From a virus: a stretch of DNA of 64,000 nucleotides. The DNA lies in the IMG/VR virus record IMGVR_UViG_3300015242_000024, positions 4,780-68,779 of that record. One strand, given 5' to 3'. A program made the translations under genes and the position numbers. Below are positions 48,579 through 57,936 of this stretch, piece after piece; position 1 is the stretch's first letter; each line of letters opens with the position of its first letter. Under the pieces are notes generated by a model, which was given only the letters and a program-made list of their open reading frames with translations, was not told the origin of the DNA and searched no databases.

Positions 48579-48759
48579 CAAATGCTCAGGAAGGGTCTTT
48601 CTAGACCGAGTTTACTCTGAGAAGAAGCACGTAGAACTGTTTTGCATCGGATGCGGTGAACGCTGGATGCTAGACAAGACGAAGAATAGGTTTGCTGCAT
48701 GGCTATGGAAAACAGAAGTAAGCCACGCTCACGCCGCAACCGTAAGTCTCCCAAGCTGA
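48568..48759 (+). CDS. zinc-ribbon protein
   Basis: CNKC...CIGCG. Confidence 0.65.
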   Translation: MYCNKCSGRVFLDRVYSEKKHVELFCIGCGERWMLDKTKNRFAAWLWKTEVSHAHAATVSLPS

Positions 48760-49235
48760 GGTATTTCTACCTCAATGGAGACCTGCACAAAGTCCTGAGT
48801 GTCACTCGCGCTCAGGACTTTGTTGTTTGTTGGAACTTCCCTCAGGGAAAGCGCGTGGGCTATGTCTGGTCTGATGTTCGTAAGCGACATGGCCGGGCTT
48901 TTAGACTAAAGCAAGTGGCTGAAATGATTGGACGAAATGTAACCACAATTAAGTGGGATATCATTAAGGGAAACATTGTAAGGCCACAAAGAATCTACAC
49001 TCTAGATGGTAATAAAAATCCTGGTACATACTACTTCTCTGAAGAGGATGTGTATGGATTGCATGATTACATTATGACTGTTCATAGGGGAAGACCCCGT
49101 AGAGATGGTCAAATTACCCCGGCTAGCATTCCATCCAAGATGGAGTTGCGAGCGATGATGCGACATGATATTGTCACATACATCAAGTCGGAGAGCGGGG
49201 AGTTCATCCCCATGTGGAAGGAGCAAGATTGGTAA
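48699..49235 (+). CDS. helix-turn-helix DNA-binding protein
   Basis: FRLKQVAEMIGRNVTTIK...YYFSEEDV (MerR/Xis-like HTH). Confidence 0.7.
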   Translation: MAMENRSKPRSRRNRKSPKLRYFYLNGDLHKVLSVTRAQDFVVCWNFPQGKRVGYVWSDVRKRHGRAFRLKQVAEMIGRNVTTIKWDIIKGNIVRPQRIYTLDGNKNPGTYYFSEEDVYGLHDYIMTVHRGRPRRDGQITPASIPSKMELRAMMRHDIVTYIKSESGEFIPMWKEQDW

Positions 49236-49534
49236 AGGTTAAGACCCCTACATACGAGCCCATTGGAGATGACCTCAACGGTAGTGTCGCTCTTTTGCAG
49301 GCTGCTGCCACGCTTGACGCGGCGGTGTATCTAGCGGTAGAATCAAAGAATGTTGAAAAGTTGATGGATGCTGCTGCCATGTGGATTGGACTCGCTGAAC
49401 GTCTTGGTGTTGTCGTTGATGACGAAGATGAAGATGATGAGGACGAACCAGAGGGTAAGAAGCGTATCTTTGGATTTACTACTGATTCAAAGATTGATGA
49501 ACCTACTAAGGAGGTAATTGCAGAAGATGCATGA
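49214..49534 (+). CDS. hypothetical protein
   Basis: ORF with acidic tract. Confidence 0.65.
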   Translation: MEGARLVKVKTPTYEPIGDDLNGSVALLQAAATLDAAVYLAVESKNVEKLMDAAAMWIGLAERLGVVVDDEDEDDEDEPEGKKRIFGFTTDSKIDEPTKEVIAEDA

Positions 49535-49745
49535 AATGGAAAAGCCGGGTCATCGTGTAAAGGTGACTCTGGGATATACTCGTAATATGGGAAACTTTGA
49601 ATCCCTTCGTGTTGACATTGGCCTTGAGGCTGATGGTACTGGCAACCCCAACGTGACCTTTGATAAGGTATATGCTTGGACCGAGCAGAAGTTGCTTGAG
49701 AAGGTTGCTGAGGTTGAATCTGAGCTGAAGGCGAATAAGGAGTAA
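49518..49745 (+). CDS. hypothetical protein
   Basis: LGYTRNMGNFESLRVD; strong RBS. Confidence 0.7.
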   Translation: MQKMHEMEKPGHRVKVTLGYTRNMGNFESLRVDIGLEADGTGNPNVTFDKVYAWTEQKLLEKVAEVESELKANKE

Positions 49746-49746
49746 G

Positions 49747-50088
49747 ATGGCCACTAACACGGTAGCAAAGCAGGCGTACGGCCTTATTTCTCTTTACGAG
49801 AAGTGTTTCGAAGAAAAGTATCTTCGTAAGCCTCTGGTGAACCGCTTCCGTGTGAAGTGGGGATTTCAAGACATGGTGACTGACCTTGGCTACGAAGATT
49901 CACGGACTGTGGTAGAGTATTATTTCAGAACGGCAAAGCAAGGTCACCCTGTCGATTTCCTTCTTCAGAACTATGATAGAGTTTATCAGTTCATGGAGGA
50001 GCGCATGGAGGACGAAGCAAAAAGAGCAGAACTGCGCAAGCAGACTGAGCAAAAGGTAAAGGAGTGGGATTCTAAGAATGACCGCTGA
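49747..50088 (+). CDS. hypothetical protein, possible helicase loader
   Basis: Immediately upstream of DnaB. Confidence 0.65.
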   Translation: MATNTVAKQAYGLISLYEKCFEEKYLRKPLVNRFRVKWGFQDMVTDLGYEDSRTVVEYYFRTAKQGHPVDFLLQNYDRVYQFMEERMEDEAKRAELRKQTEQKVKEWDSKNDR

Positions 50089-51295
50089 GGCAAAGGTAAT
50101 TAGCGCAGTCTGCAAGAACAAGGATATCTCTGTCCTCTATGCAGATAATGTAGATGACCTATTCGTTGCACATGGTGATGTTTGGGAGGGTCTACGAGAC
50201 TATTATGACCGATACAAGTCAGTTCCAGATGTTGACCATCTTGTGGAACGTTTCAAAGAATTCGAGCCGGAAGAAGTAAAGGCTGAAACCGAGTTCTATC
50301 TTGATGAACTAAAGAACGATTACCTTAAGGCAAGAATTAAGAATGTATTCCTTAAGGCTAACACTGCTCTGAAGGATGGTGACGCACCTGGTCACGTCCT
50401 GGACCGAGCCAATACCGCTCTGTCAAAGTTGGGGCGGTTTACAAATAACGTTCGAGACGTTGACGTGACTGACTTTCTCGCTGCTGAGCAGCATTTTGCA
50501 GCAGTGAAGGAGCGTAGCGCAGCACTCGGTAGTCCTGGTATCCCAACCACCTTCAAGTCTATTGACTCTGTATACCCTACTGGTATGGCACCTGGCCACC
50601 TCATTGTGGCTATTGGTTGGCCTGGTAAGGGAAAGACGTGGTTCACCTCTTACCTTGCATGTAAGGCATGGGAGCAGGGCTTTAAGCCGATGATTGTTTC
50701 TCTTGAGATGTCACCTGAAAATATGCGTGACCGAATCTACACCATGATGGGTTCCGGCCTTTTCCGAGCAAGCGATTTCGCAAAGGGAGACGTCAATATT
50801 GACGATTTCCACGCTTGGGGTAAGCGAAGGTTTGATAACAAGAGTGGTTTCGTGGTAGTATCAAATGAGGGTCTAAGTGATGTGACCCCGAACACGGTTC
50901 AGGCTAAGATTGACCAGCATAAGCCAGATTTGGTAATCTGCGACTATCACCAGCTCTTCCAGAATAATGGAAAGAGCAATAGCCCGACCGAGCGAGGAAT
51001 GGCGGTTTCGCGAGAGTTTAAGATGCTCGCTGTTACTAACAATATCCCGCTTATCGATATTACGGCTGCTACTCAGTCTGATTTGTCTGACCGTGACTCG
51101 CCTCCGATGATGAGTCAGGTTGCTTGGTCAAAGGCAATTGAATATGATGCCGACATGGCATTCGCTGTGCACCGCAATGAAGAATCGAATCTGATTGAAA
51201 TTGTGTGTCGCAAGAATCGTCACGGTGGAATGTTCGACTTCTATCTCGACTGGGATATCGACCGGGGTATCGTTGAAGAGAAGTTTGCACTTTGA
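50078..51295 (+). CDS. dnaB: replicative DNA helicase
   Basis: Walker A GWPGKGKT, SLEMS, DYHQL, IEYDAD, KNRHG. Confidence 0.9.
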   Translation: MTAEAKVISAVCKNKDISVLYADNVDDLFVAHGDVWEGLRDYYDRYKSVPDVDHLVERFKEFEPEEVKAETEFYLDELKNDYLKARIKNVFLKANTALKDGDAPGHVLDRANTALSKLGRFTNNVRDVDVTDFLAAEQHFAAVKERSAALGSPGIPTTFKSIDSVYPTGMAPGHLIVAIGWPGKGKTWFTSYLACKAWEQGFKPMIVSLEMSPENMRDRIYTMMGSGLFRASDFAKGDVNIDDFHAWGKRRFDNKSGFVVVSNEGLSDVTPNTVQAKIDQHKPDLVICDYHQLFQNNGKSNSPTERGMAVSREFKMLAVTNNIPLIDITAATQSDLSDRDSPPMMSQVAWSKAIEYDADMAFAVHRNEESNLIEIVCRKNRHGGMFDFYLDWDIDRGIVEEKFAL

Positions 51296-51298
51296 TAC

Positions 51299-51619
51299 AT
51301 GCACAAGACTATTAAGAAGTTCGGACTGTCAGGCGAAATTGGTGATGATGCTGATTTCGCCCGGCTCCGTTCTCTATACGAGAGCATCATCGTAAAGGAA
51401 ATGAGAGAGCTAGGCTATGTACCCGTACTAGACCTAGGTCCTTATTGGTCAACATCTTACATTAGACCTAAAGAATCGTATGAATTCATTCTTTCGGTGT
51501 ACGGTGTATATATTGGAAGGAGGCGTTCATGGGAAGTAGAAGGGATGGTGAATGGGACCGAAGTTATGAGACCTACACCCCCAATCAAGTCGAAGCCACC
51601 ATCAAAGCCTGTGGAGTAG
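51299..51619 (+). CDS. hypothetical protein
   Basis: 106 aa between helicase and primase. Confidence 0.65.
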   Translation: MHKTIKKFGLSGEIGDDADFARLRSLYESIIVKEMRELGYVPVLDLGPYWSTSYIRPKESYEFILSVYGVYIGRRRSWEVEGMVNGTEVMRPTPPIKSKPPSKPVE

Positions 51620-52626
51620 ATGTTGAGGGCGAGACCACGAATGACTTCCTGTGTTTCTGCCCATTCCACGGAAATCGATTTACACCATCATTCAGTGTGT
51701 CCAGGACTAGCGGAGCGTATATTTGCTTCAATCACTCTTGCAACTTGTCTGGCACATTGGTAGACTTGGTAAAGAAGATTCCGATGCGAGACGGCTCATA
51801 CAGAAATGAGTTTGCCGCAAGACGACTGATTCTTAAGAAGGCTGGTGAAACTGAACAAGCATATGAAGAGCAGTTTGCTAAGTCTCTCGAACCTGTAGTT
51901 GACTTTATCGAATTTCCAAAAACTACGCTGGACAGGATGTACCAAGACTTCTGGGAGAATCCGGAAGCTGTTAGGTATATGGTAGAAGAGCGCGGGTTCG
52001 AAGAAGAAATTCTTGAATTCTTTAGAATCGGATTCTCTGCCAAGAAAGACATCATTGCAGTTCCCATGCATAATGGGAAGGGATTGCCAGTAGGTGTAAT
52101 TGGAAGACCTGCCGATACAGAGAACAAGTTCTTCAAGAACTCTCGTGGTCTTCCAACCAGTAAGACCTTGTGGAATATGCACAGGGCAAAGAAGCACGGT
52201 GACACAGTAATTGTGTGCGAAGCCTCTTTCGATGCGATGCGAATTCATCAGGCTGGATATCCAAACGTGGTTGCTTGTCTTGGTGGAAACTTTAGTCCTT
52301 ACCATTTCGACCAACTGAATAAGCATTTCTCAACAATTGTAATTATGACTGATTTCGATAAGAAAGAAAAGCATCTTTATAAGAATTGTCAGAAGTGCAA
52401 GAAGCGTGGTCTGACTCTATGTGCAGGCCACAATCCTGGAAGAGACCTAGGTGCCACAATTGCGGCGGGTCTCCACATGAAGGATATCCTTTGGGCATCA
52501 TATTCAGATGGCATTGTATATCCGAATAGTGCAAAGGACGCTGGTGATATGACAGATGATGAAATTCGCCAGTGCCTCAAGAACGCAGTTGACCATTATG
52601 AATATAGTGAATGGGGCGTATACTGA
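51529..52626 (+). CDS. dnaG: DNA primase
   Basis: CPFH..C..C zinc finger; TOPRIM CEASFDA and TDFD; KDAGD. Confidence 0.88.
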   Translation: MGSRRDGEWDRSYETYTPNQVEATIKACGVDVEGETTNDFLCFCPFHGNRFTPSFSVSRTSGAYICFNHSCNLSGTLVDLVKKIPMRDGSYRNEFAARRLILKKAGETEQAYEEQFAKSLEPVVDFIEFPKTTLDRMYQDFWENPEAVRYMVEERGFEEEILEFFRIGFSAKKDIIAVPMHNGKGLPVGVIGRPADTENKFFKNSRGLPTSKTLWNMHRAKKHGDTVIVCEASFDAMRIHQAGYPNVVACLGGNFSPYHFDQLNKHFSTIVIMTDFDKKEKHLYKNCQKCKKRGLTLCAGHNPGRDLGATIAAGLHMKDILWASYSDGIVYPNSAKDAGDMTDDEIRQCLKNAVDHYEYSEWGVY

Positions 52627-52733
52627 GGGAAGGGAGGGTCAACCTCCCAAGCTTGTATCGGGCATCCCAGTCTGGTACAATGGTAGAAGAAGCCTCGCTG
52701 AAGGCTCAAACATACTAGGAGATTAAAACAAAA

Positions 52734-53447
52734 ATGGCTAAGACGATTAAGGGACTCGCGTCCATCAAGGCAAACCAGCAGGCTCAGCAGGAGCGTGCTG
52801 AGGCGGGTAACCGCCCAAAGGCAGATTGGTTCAAGTTCGGTAAGGGACAGACGAGTGTTATTATTCGTTTCCTTCAGGAGCTTGACCCTGAGATGGAGAA
52901 TTACCGCGAGGACCGTGGCGTTGGATTCATCGCGACCGAGCACAATGCTCCTGGTCCTGATGGTTGGAAGCGTCGTGGACTTTGCACTACCGACGATGGT
53001 GAGTGCTACGCTTGCGAGCGTCACAAGATGAATTACAAGGAGGGATGGCGTCAGAAGCAGAACCTTTACATCAATGTCCTTGCAGACCTTGGTGATGGTC
53101 CTAAGGTTTACATTATGACTCGTAACGCCAACTCCAGTTTCGCACAGGCTCTCATTGAAGAGGCTGTTGATGAGGGTAGCATCACGAATGCTAATTACCG
53201 AATCAACAAGACCGGTGAGGGTACGACCACTCAGTGGCTTTTGAAGCGTCTGAGGGATGAGCCTCTTGACGACAGTAAGGTTGAGGTCTTTGACCTTGAC
53301 GTGGCTGCTGTTCGTGAGGTAGAGTACGAGAAGCAGGCCGAATACTACGGTGCTGTTTACCAGGAGGATTCTGCTCCTGCTGCTTCTTCCGGTACTGCTC
53401 AGACTTCTCGTCCTTCCCCTGCTGCTTCCATGGATGACGAGTGGTGA
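52734..53447 (+). CDS. single-stranded DNA-binding protein
   Basis: IRFL, C..C.AC, acidic tail DDEW; position in replication module. Confidence 0.7.
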   Translation: MAKTIKGLASIKANQQAQQERAEAGNRPKADWFKFGKGQTSVIIRFLQELDPEMENYREDRGVGFIATEHNAPGPDGWKRRGLCTTDDGECYACERHKMNYKEGWRQKQNLYINVLADLGDGPKVYIMTRNANSSFAQALIEEAVDEGSITNANYRINKTGEGTTTQWLLKRLRDEPLDDSKVEVFDLDVAAVREVEYEKQAEYYGAVYQEDSAPAASSGTAQTSRPSPAASMDDEW

Positions 53448-53461
53448 CATGACTTTGTGAA

Positions 53462-53493
53462 GACCCCGAGGATTGATTTCCTCGGGGTTCTTT
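53462..53493 (+). terminator. terminator overlapping the next promoter
   Basis: ACCCCGAGGA/TCCTCGGGGT plus TCTTT; TTGATT-17-TATAGT embedded. Confidence 0.7.
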
Positions 53494-53508
53494 GCTATAG
53501 TGAAGCTT

Positions 53509-53808
53509 ATGAGCTTTGAGTTCACACAAGAGTACAAGACATATATCAGAAGCCCACGGTGGAAAGCTGTGTGTGGTAGGTATTGGGCATTGTATGGTAG
53601 AAAGTGCCAGGCGTGCGGCTCCAGAAAACAACTGCACGTTCACCATAATACATATGACCGTTTCGGTCGTGAGATTATGTCAGACCTCACTGGGGTTTGT
53701 CAGCCATGTCACAGACTGATTCATCAGATGCATCGAGCTAACAGAAAGATTAGCCTGAAGGTCGTCACGATGAATTTTGTAGTGGCGAAGAAACTAAAGA
53801 AGCTGTGA
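53509..53808 (+). CDS. HNH endonuclease
   Basis: CQACG...LHVHH..Y...CQPCH..IH. Confidence 0.8.
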   Translation: MSFEFTQEYKTYIRSPRWKAVCGRYWALYGRKCQACGSRKQLHVHHNTYDRFGREIMSDLTGVCQPCHRLIHQMHRANRKISLKVVTMNFVVAKKLKKL

Positions 53809-53854
53809 CCGATTAGCCTATAACTGTCACAGAGAATTTTAAGGAGAAAAGGCT

Positions 53855-56800
53855 TTGGCTTACACAGAACTACATTTGCATGATTACTATTCCACTCTGG
53901 ATGGACTGAATTCCCCAGAGGAATATATGGTCAGGGCAAAGGAACTGGGCATGACCCACCTTTCCCAGACTAATCACGGAACTCTTCTTGGTCACCGTGA
54001 ATTCCAGAAGGCAGCCAAGGATGCTGGTATTGTTCCTATTCTTGGTGTTGAGGCTTACATTTCGCCTACCGACCGCTTTGACCGTCGTGCCAAGAACAAG
54101 CGTTCTGATGGTACCAACATCTATAACCACCTTATCATCTTGGCTCAGGGGGAAACGGGTCTAAAGACTCTGAATAAGCTGAACGAGGCTGCGTGGACCG
54201 AAGGTTTTTACTCCAAGCCACGAATTGATATGGAGCTTCTTGAGGAGCACAACGAAGGTCTCATCGTTCTGTCTGGTTGCCTCAACAGCATGCTGTGCAA
54301 GGCAATTGAGGCGGGTAACGTTGATGAGGCTCACAACATTGCCCTCAGATTCAAGGATATTCTGGGAGACCGGTTTTACATTGAAGTTCAGGCACATAAT
54401 CCAAAGGCAATGAATGAGGCTCTATTCGAGATTGCCGATAGAAATGGTATTCCGCCGGTTGTAACTTCCGACTGCCATTACGCGCGTAAGGAAGACCTGT
54501 GGATTGAAGAGGCTATGCTGATTCTCTCTACCAAGCCTAAGTTTGGTAAGGAGTTCGAGTTCAGTAAGTCTCAGAAGATGGATATGCTGGAGCGATTCAA
54601 CTATCTATATCCTGACCGAATGATGTCTTTCGAAGAAATCCAGATTTATCTCAAGTCTGCTGAAGAGCAGCTTAATGATTTTGCGAATAATGGATTTAAT
54701 CGGGAAGACATTGTAACGAATACTGAAGTAATTGCTTCTCGAATTGAAGAGTATCCATTCCATCAGAATCTTGACCTGCTTCCTAGGCCAAAGAATGGTA
54801 ATCCTGATGACCTTCTGGAAAAGAAGGCCCGAGCCGGTTTGCGTAATCGTGGTCTCGACAAGGAGCCTGAGTATGTAGCACGCCTTGATGAAGAGCTTGA
54901 AATCATCAAGAACAAGGATTTCTCAACCTACTTTCTCATTGTGGCTAACACCATTAAGTGGGCAAAGGACCAGGGAATTCTTGTTGGTCCTGGTCGTGGT
55001 TCTGGTGCGGGTTCTCTCGTTAACTACGCTCTTGGTATTACTGAAGTTGACCCTATCAAGTATGGGCTTCTGTTCTTCCGATTCATTAACCCGGAACGAA
55101 ATGACTTCCCTGACATTGATACAGACTTTGAGGACCGTAGGCGCAATGAGGTAAAGGATTACCTAACCAGGAAGTTCACTCACGTTGCATCTATTGCTAC
55201 AGTGGGTTACTTCAAGGATAAGGGTGTTGTCCGCGACGCTGCTCGTGTATTCCGAATTGAGCAGGCAGAGACGGATGAAGCACTCAAGACAATCTCTACC
55301 TTTGAGGAGTATCAGACTTCTTCTGCAACTGAGGCTTACCGTAAGAAGTATCCTGAGGTTGAGAAGTTGGCTCTGGAGCTTCGTGGTCGTATTCGTCAGA
55401 CTGGTATGCATGCGGCTGGTATTGTTATCTCAAAGGAGCCTATTTCAAAGTATGCTCCGATGGAGACTGCTGCCGACCCAAAGGATAAGACGGCTCCACG
55501 TAGGGCTCTAGTGGCCCTAGACATGAATGAGGCGGCCGACCTTGGTCTGATTAAGTTGGACGCACTTGGTCTAAAGACTCTTGCAGTTATTGGTGACGCT
55601 ATTGAAATGGTTGAAAAGAACCACAATCGAAAGATTGTTCTGACCGACATTCCTCTTGAGGATAAGAAGGTCTACGACATGATTTCGGCGGGTCACACAA
55701 AGGGAGTGTTCCAGTGTGAGGCTGGTCCTTATACAGGACTGATTACTACTATGGGTGGAGTTCACTCGTTTGCTGAACTTGCTGCGTCTAACGCTCTTGT
55801 TCGTCCGGGTGCAATGAATACCATTGGTGCTGAGTACATCGCTCGAAAGAATGGTGAATCTCAGGTTACGTATCCTCACGAGGTTATGCGGTCCTTCACT
55901 GAAGAGACCTATGGTGAGGTTCTGTATCAGGAGCAGGTCATGCTCGCTATGACTGAATTGGCTGGAATGTCAATGGCAACCGCCGATAAGGTTCGTAAGA
56001 TTATTGGTAAGAAGAAGGATGTTAGCGAGTTTGAGCAGTATAAGGCTGAATTCGTAAATGGTGCTTCTGAAAAGGTTGACAGGAAGGTCGCTGAGAAGTT
56101 GTGGCATGACTTTGAGGCTCACGCGGGCTATTCGTTCAATAAGTCCCATGCTGTTGCATACTCCATGGTTTCATACTGGACTGCATGGCTGAAGGTCTAC
56201 TATCCAGTAGAATTCGTTTATGCTATGATGCGCAACGAGGAAAAGAAGGAAGCGCTCACGACATACCTCATTGAGGCAAAGCGTATGCGGGTTCCGATTA
56301 AGTTGCCTCACGTCAACAGTTCTGAGATTGACTTCACCATTGAGGGTGATGGCATCAGATTCGGTTTGGCAGACATTAAGTTTATCTCAACGAACCTTGC
56401 TACGAAGTTGATTGCTCAAAGACCGTATGCAAACTATGCGGAATTGGAAGCCAAGGTTAAAGAGAAGGGAAACGGACTCAATGTTCGTGTTTTGACATCA
56501 ATGAATGCGATTGGTGCAGCAACATTCCCTGACAATCCTAAGCGTGGAGATGAGCGTCACTATTTCTACGAATACCTAAATATTCCTGCATTCCGAATTC
56601 CTGATATGCCTGATGGAGTGAGGGCACAATTTACTCCATTGAATCAGTTCCGTGAAGGTGACACATGCGCTGTCATGGGAATGGTAAAGAATGTAAAGCG
56701 TGGTCAGGGATGGTCTCGAATTGAGATTGTTGATGAGACTGGAGAGGCTTCATTCTTCCATAAGGAAGACACTCTGGTTTCGCCTGGTAACTTTTATGCT

Positions 56801-57145
56801 ATGCTTATTGCTAACAAGCGATTGGCTCGGTATGTAGAAATCAGTGATTTCACGCGGGATGCAAATAACACTTTCGTAAGGTACATGTACACCAAGAAGT
56901 TCGCTCAACTTACTGAAGGCTTCTACTACGTTGTTTCCAATCAGACTCGAAAGACGAAGGCTGGAAAGAACATGGCGGACCTAGTCCTTGCGGATGAAGA
57001 GAAGAACCTGTATCCTGTACTAGTGTTCCCACAAATGTTCCACAAGGCTTATGGCTTCTGTAAGGAAGGCGCAATCATTGAGGCGACATTGAAGCAGACA
57101 CAAGACGGAGATTCATATTTCCTTGATGAGGTTATCCTCCGATAA
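53855..57145 (+). CDS. dnaE: DNA polymerase III alpha subunit
   Basis: PHP (HLH..YS.LDG, SDCHY), GRGSGAGSLV, PDIDTD, HAAG, YSFNKSH; no intein visible. Confidence 0.93.
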   Translation: MAYTELHLHDYYSTLDGLNSPEEYMVRAKELGMTHLSQTNHGTLLGHREFQKAAKDAGIVPILGVEAYISPTDRFDRRAKNKRSDGTNIYNHLIILAQGETGLKTLNKLNEAAWTEGFYSKPRIDMELLEEHNEGLIVLSGCLNSMLCKAIEAGNVDEAHNIALRFKDILGDRFYIEVQAHNPKAMNEALFEIADRNGIPPVVTSDCHYARKEDLWIEEAMLILSTKPKFGKEFEFSKSQKMDMLERFNYLYPDRMMSFEEIQIYLKSAEEQLNDFANNGFNREDIVTNTEVIASRIEEYPFHQNLDLLPRPKNGNPDDLLEKKARAGLRNRGLDKEPEYVARLDEELEIIKNKDFSTYFLIVANTIKWAKDQGILVGPGRGSGAGSLVNYALGITEVDPIKYGLLFFRFINPERNDFPDIDTDFEDRRRNEVKDYLTRKFTHVASIATVGYFKDKGVVRDAARVFRIEQAETDEALKTISTFEEYQTSSATEAYRKKYPEVEKLALELRGRIRQTGMHAAGIVISKEPISKYAPMETAADPKDKTAPRRALVALDMNEAADLGLIKLDALGLKTLAVIGDAIEMVEKNHNRKIVLTDIPLEDKKVYDMISAGHTKGVFQCEAGPYTGLITTMGGVHSFAELAASNALVRPGAMNTIGAEYIARKNGESQVTYPHEVMRSFTEETYGEVLYQEQVMLAMTELAGMSMATADKVRKIIGKKKDVSEFEQYKAEFVNGASEKVDRKVAEKLWHDFEAHAGYSFNKSHAVAYSMVSYWTAWLKVYYPVEFVYAMMRNEEKKEALTTYLIEAKRMRVPIKLPHVNSSEIDFTIEGDGIRFGLADIKFISTNLATKLIAQRPYANYAELEAKVKEKGNGLNVRVLTSMNAIGAATFPDNPKRGDERHYFYEYLNIPAFRIPDMPDGVRAQFTPLNQFREGDTCAVMGMVKNVKRGQGWSRIEIVDETGEASFFHKEDTLVSPGNFYAMLIANKRLARYVEISDFTRDANNTFVRYMYTKKFAQLTEGFYYVVSNQTRKTKAGKNMADLVLADEEKNLYPVLVFPQMFHKAYGFCKEGAIIEATLKQTQDGDSYFLDEVILR

Positions 57146-57184
57146 TCTCAGGCCCCTTCGGGGGCCAAGCTTTCCTAAGGAGGA

Positions 57185-57376
57185 ATGTTGGACGAACCAA
57201 CGCAGATTGACCTTGGTCCATTTCTCGCGGCTATTGTTGAAGAGTCTGGTGGAGAAGTAAAAATTCCATACGATGTATTCAAGAAGCAGGTTGGAACGAA
57301 GGCAATTTCAATTGATATTGAGGACGATGGCCAGACTCTCGTTCTCCGTGTAGTAGATGGGATTCCAAATGAGTGA
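57185..57376 (+). CDS. hypothetical protein
   Basis: 63 aa; AAGGAGG RBS. Confidence 0.65.
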   Translation: MLDEPTQIDLGPFLAAIVEESGGEVKIPYDVFKKQVGTKAISIDIEDDGQTLVLRVVDGIPNE

Positions 57377-57725
57377 TTATAGTCTGACGCTTGATGCTTA
57401 CCAAGCAGAGACCGCAGAGACAGCCGTTTATCCTGGTGCTGGTGAAGGTGGTCTAGATGCCATCGTGTACACCACACTTGGCCTGTCTGGCGAGGCTGGA
57501 GAAATTCCTAACAAGGTTAAGAAGATTCTTCGGGACGCTGGAGGCACGATTACAAACGAGACGCGTGACGCAATTTCTAAGGAGATTGGCGACACGCTCT
57601 GGTATGTGGCTCGGTTGGCTGATGAGCTTGGATACAGTCTTGGTGATATCGCTCAGGCAAATCTAGACAAGTTGAATTCCCGCGCTGAGCGGGGAGTTAT
57701 CGGTGGTAGCGGAGACTACCGCTGA
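57369..57725 (+). CDS. MazG-like nucleotide pyrophosphohydrolase
   Basis: LGLSGEAGE..KKI..EIGDTLWY..NLDKL. Confidence 0.88.
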   Translation: MSDYSLTLDAYQAETAETAVYPGAGEGGLDAIVYTTLGLSGEAGEIPNKVKKILRDAGGTITNETRDAISKEIGDTLWYVARLADELGYSLGDIAQANLDKLNSRAERGVIGGSGDYR

Positions 57726-57741
57726 ATGCTATAATAGGCAT

Positions 57742-57936
57742 ATGAACACAAGCGGCTACTTCCTCCGGGGAATCAATGAAGACCATATTTTGGTATTTCG
57801 TTCTGAGGACCCGGAGGAATTGTTGCGTATTATCCAGCGGCTATGCGCTAGTCGCGATAAACAAATCAGAGCGCTGGCTAAGCAACTTGAACTAGACTGG
57901 AACAGTCGAAACTACAATAAGGAAAATAAGAGATAA
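57742..57936 (+). CDS. hypothetical protein
   Basis: ATG 6 nt after TGCTATAAT. Confidence 0.6.
   Translation: MNTSGYFLRGINEDHILVFRSEDPEELLRIIQRLCASRDKQIRALAKQLELDWNSRNYNKENKR

Noticed and set aside
52596-53537. 313-aa minus-strand ORF
   Set aside because: Antisense to SSB in a uniformly + strand operon; no recognisable features.
53855-57145. Intein or intron in DnaE (also checked NrdJ, DnaB, RecA)
   Set aside because: Lengths are normal, frames are continuous, and I saw no splice or LAGLIDADG motifs.
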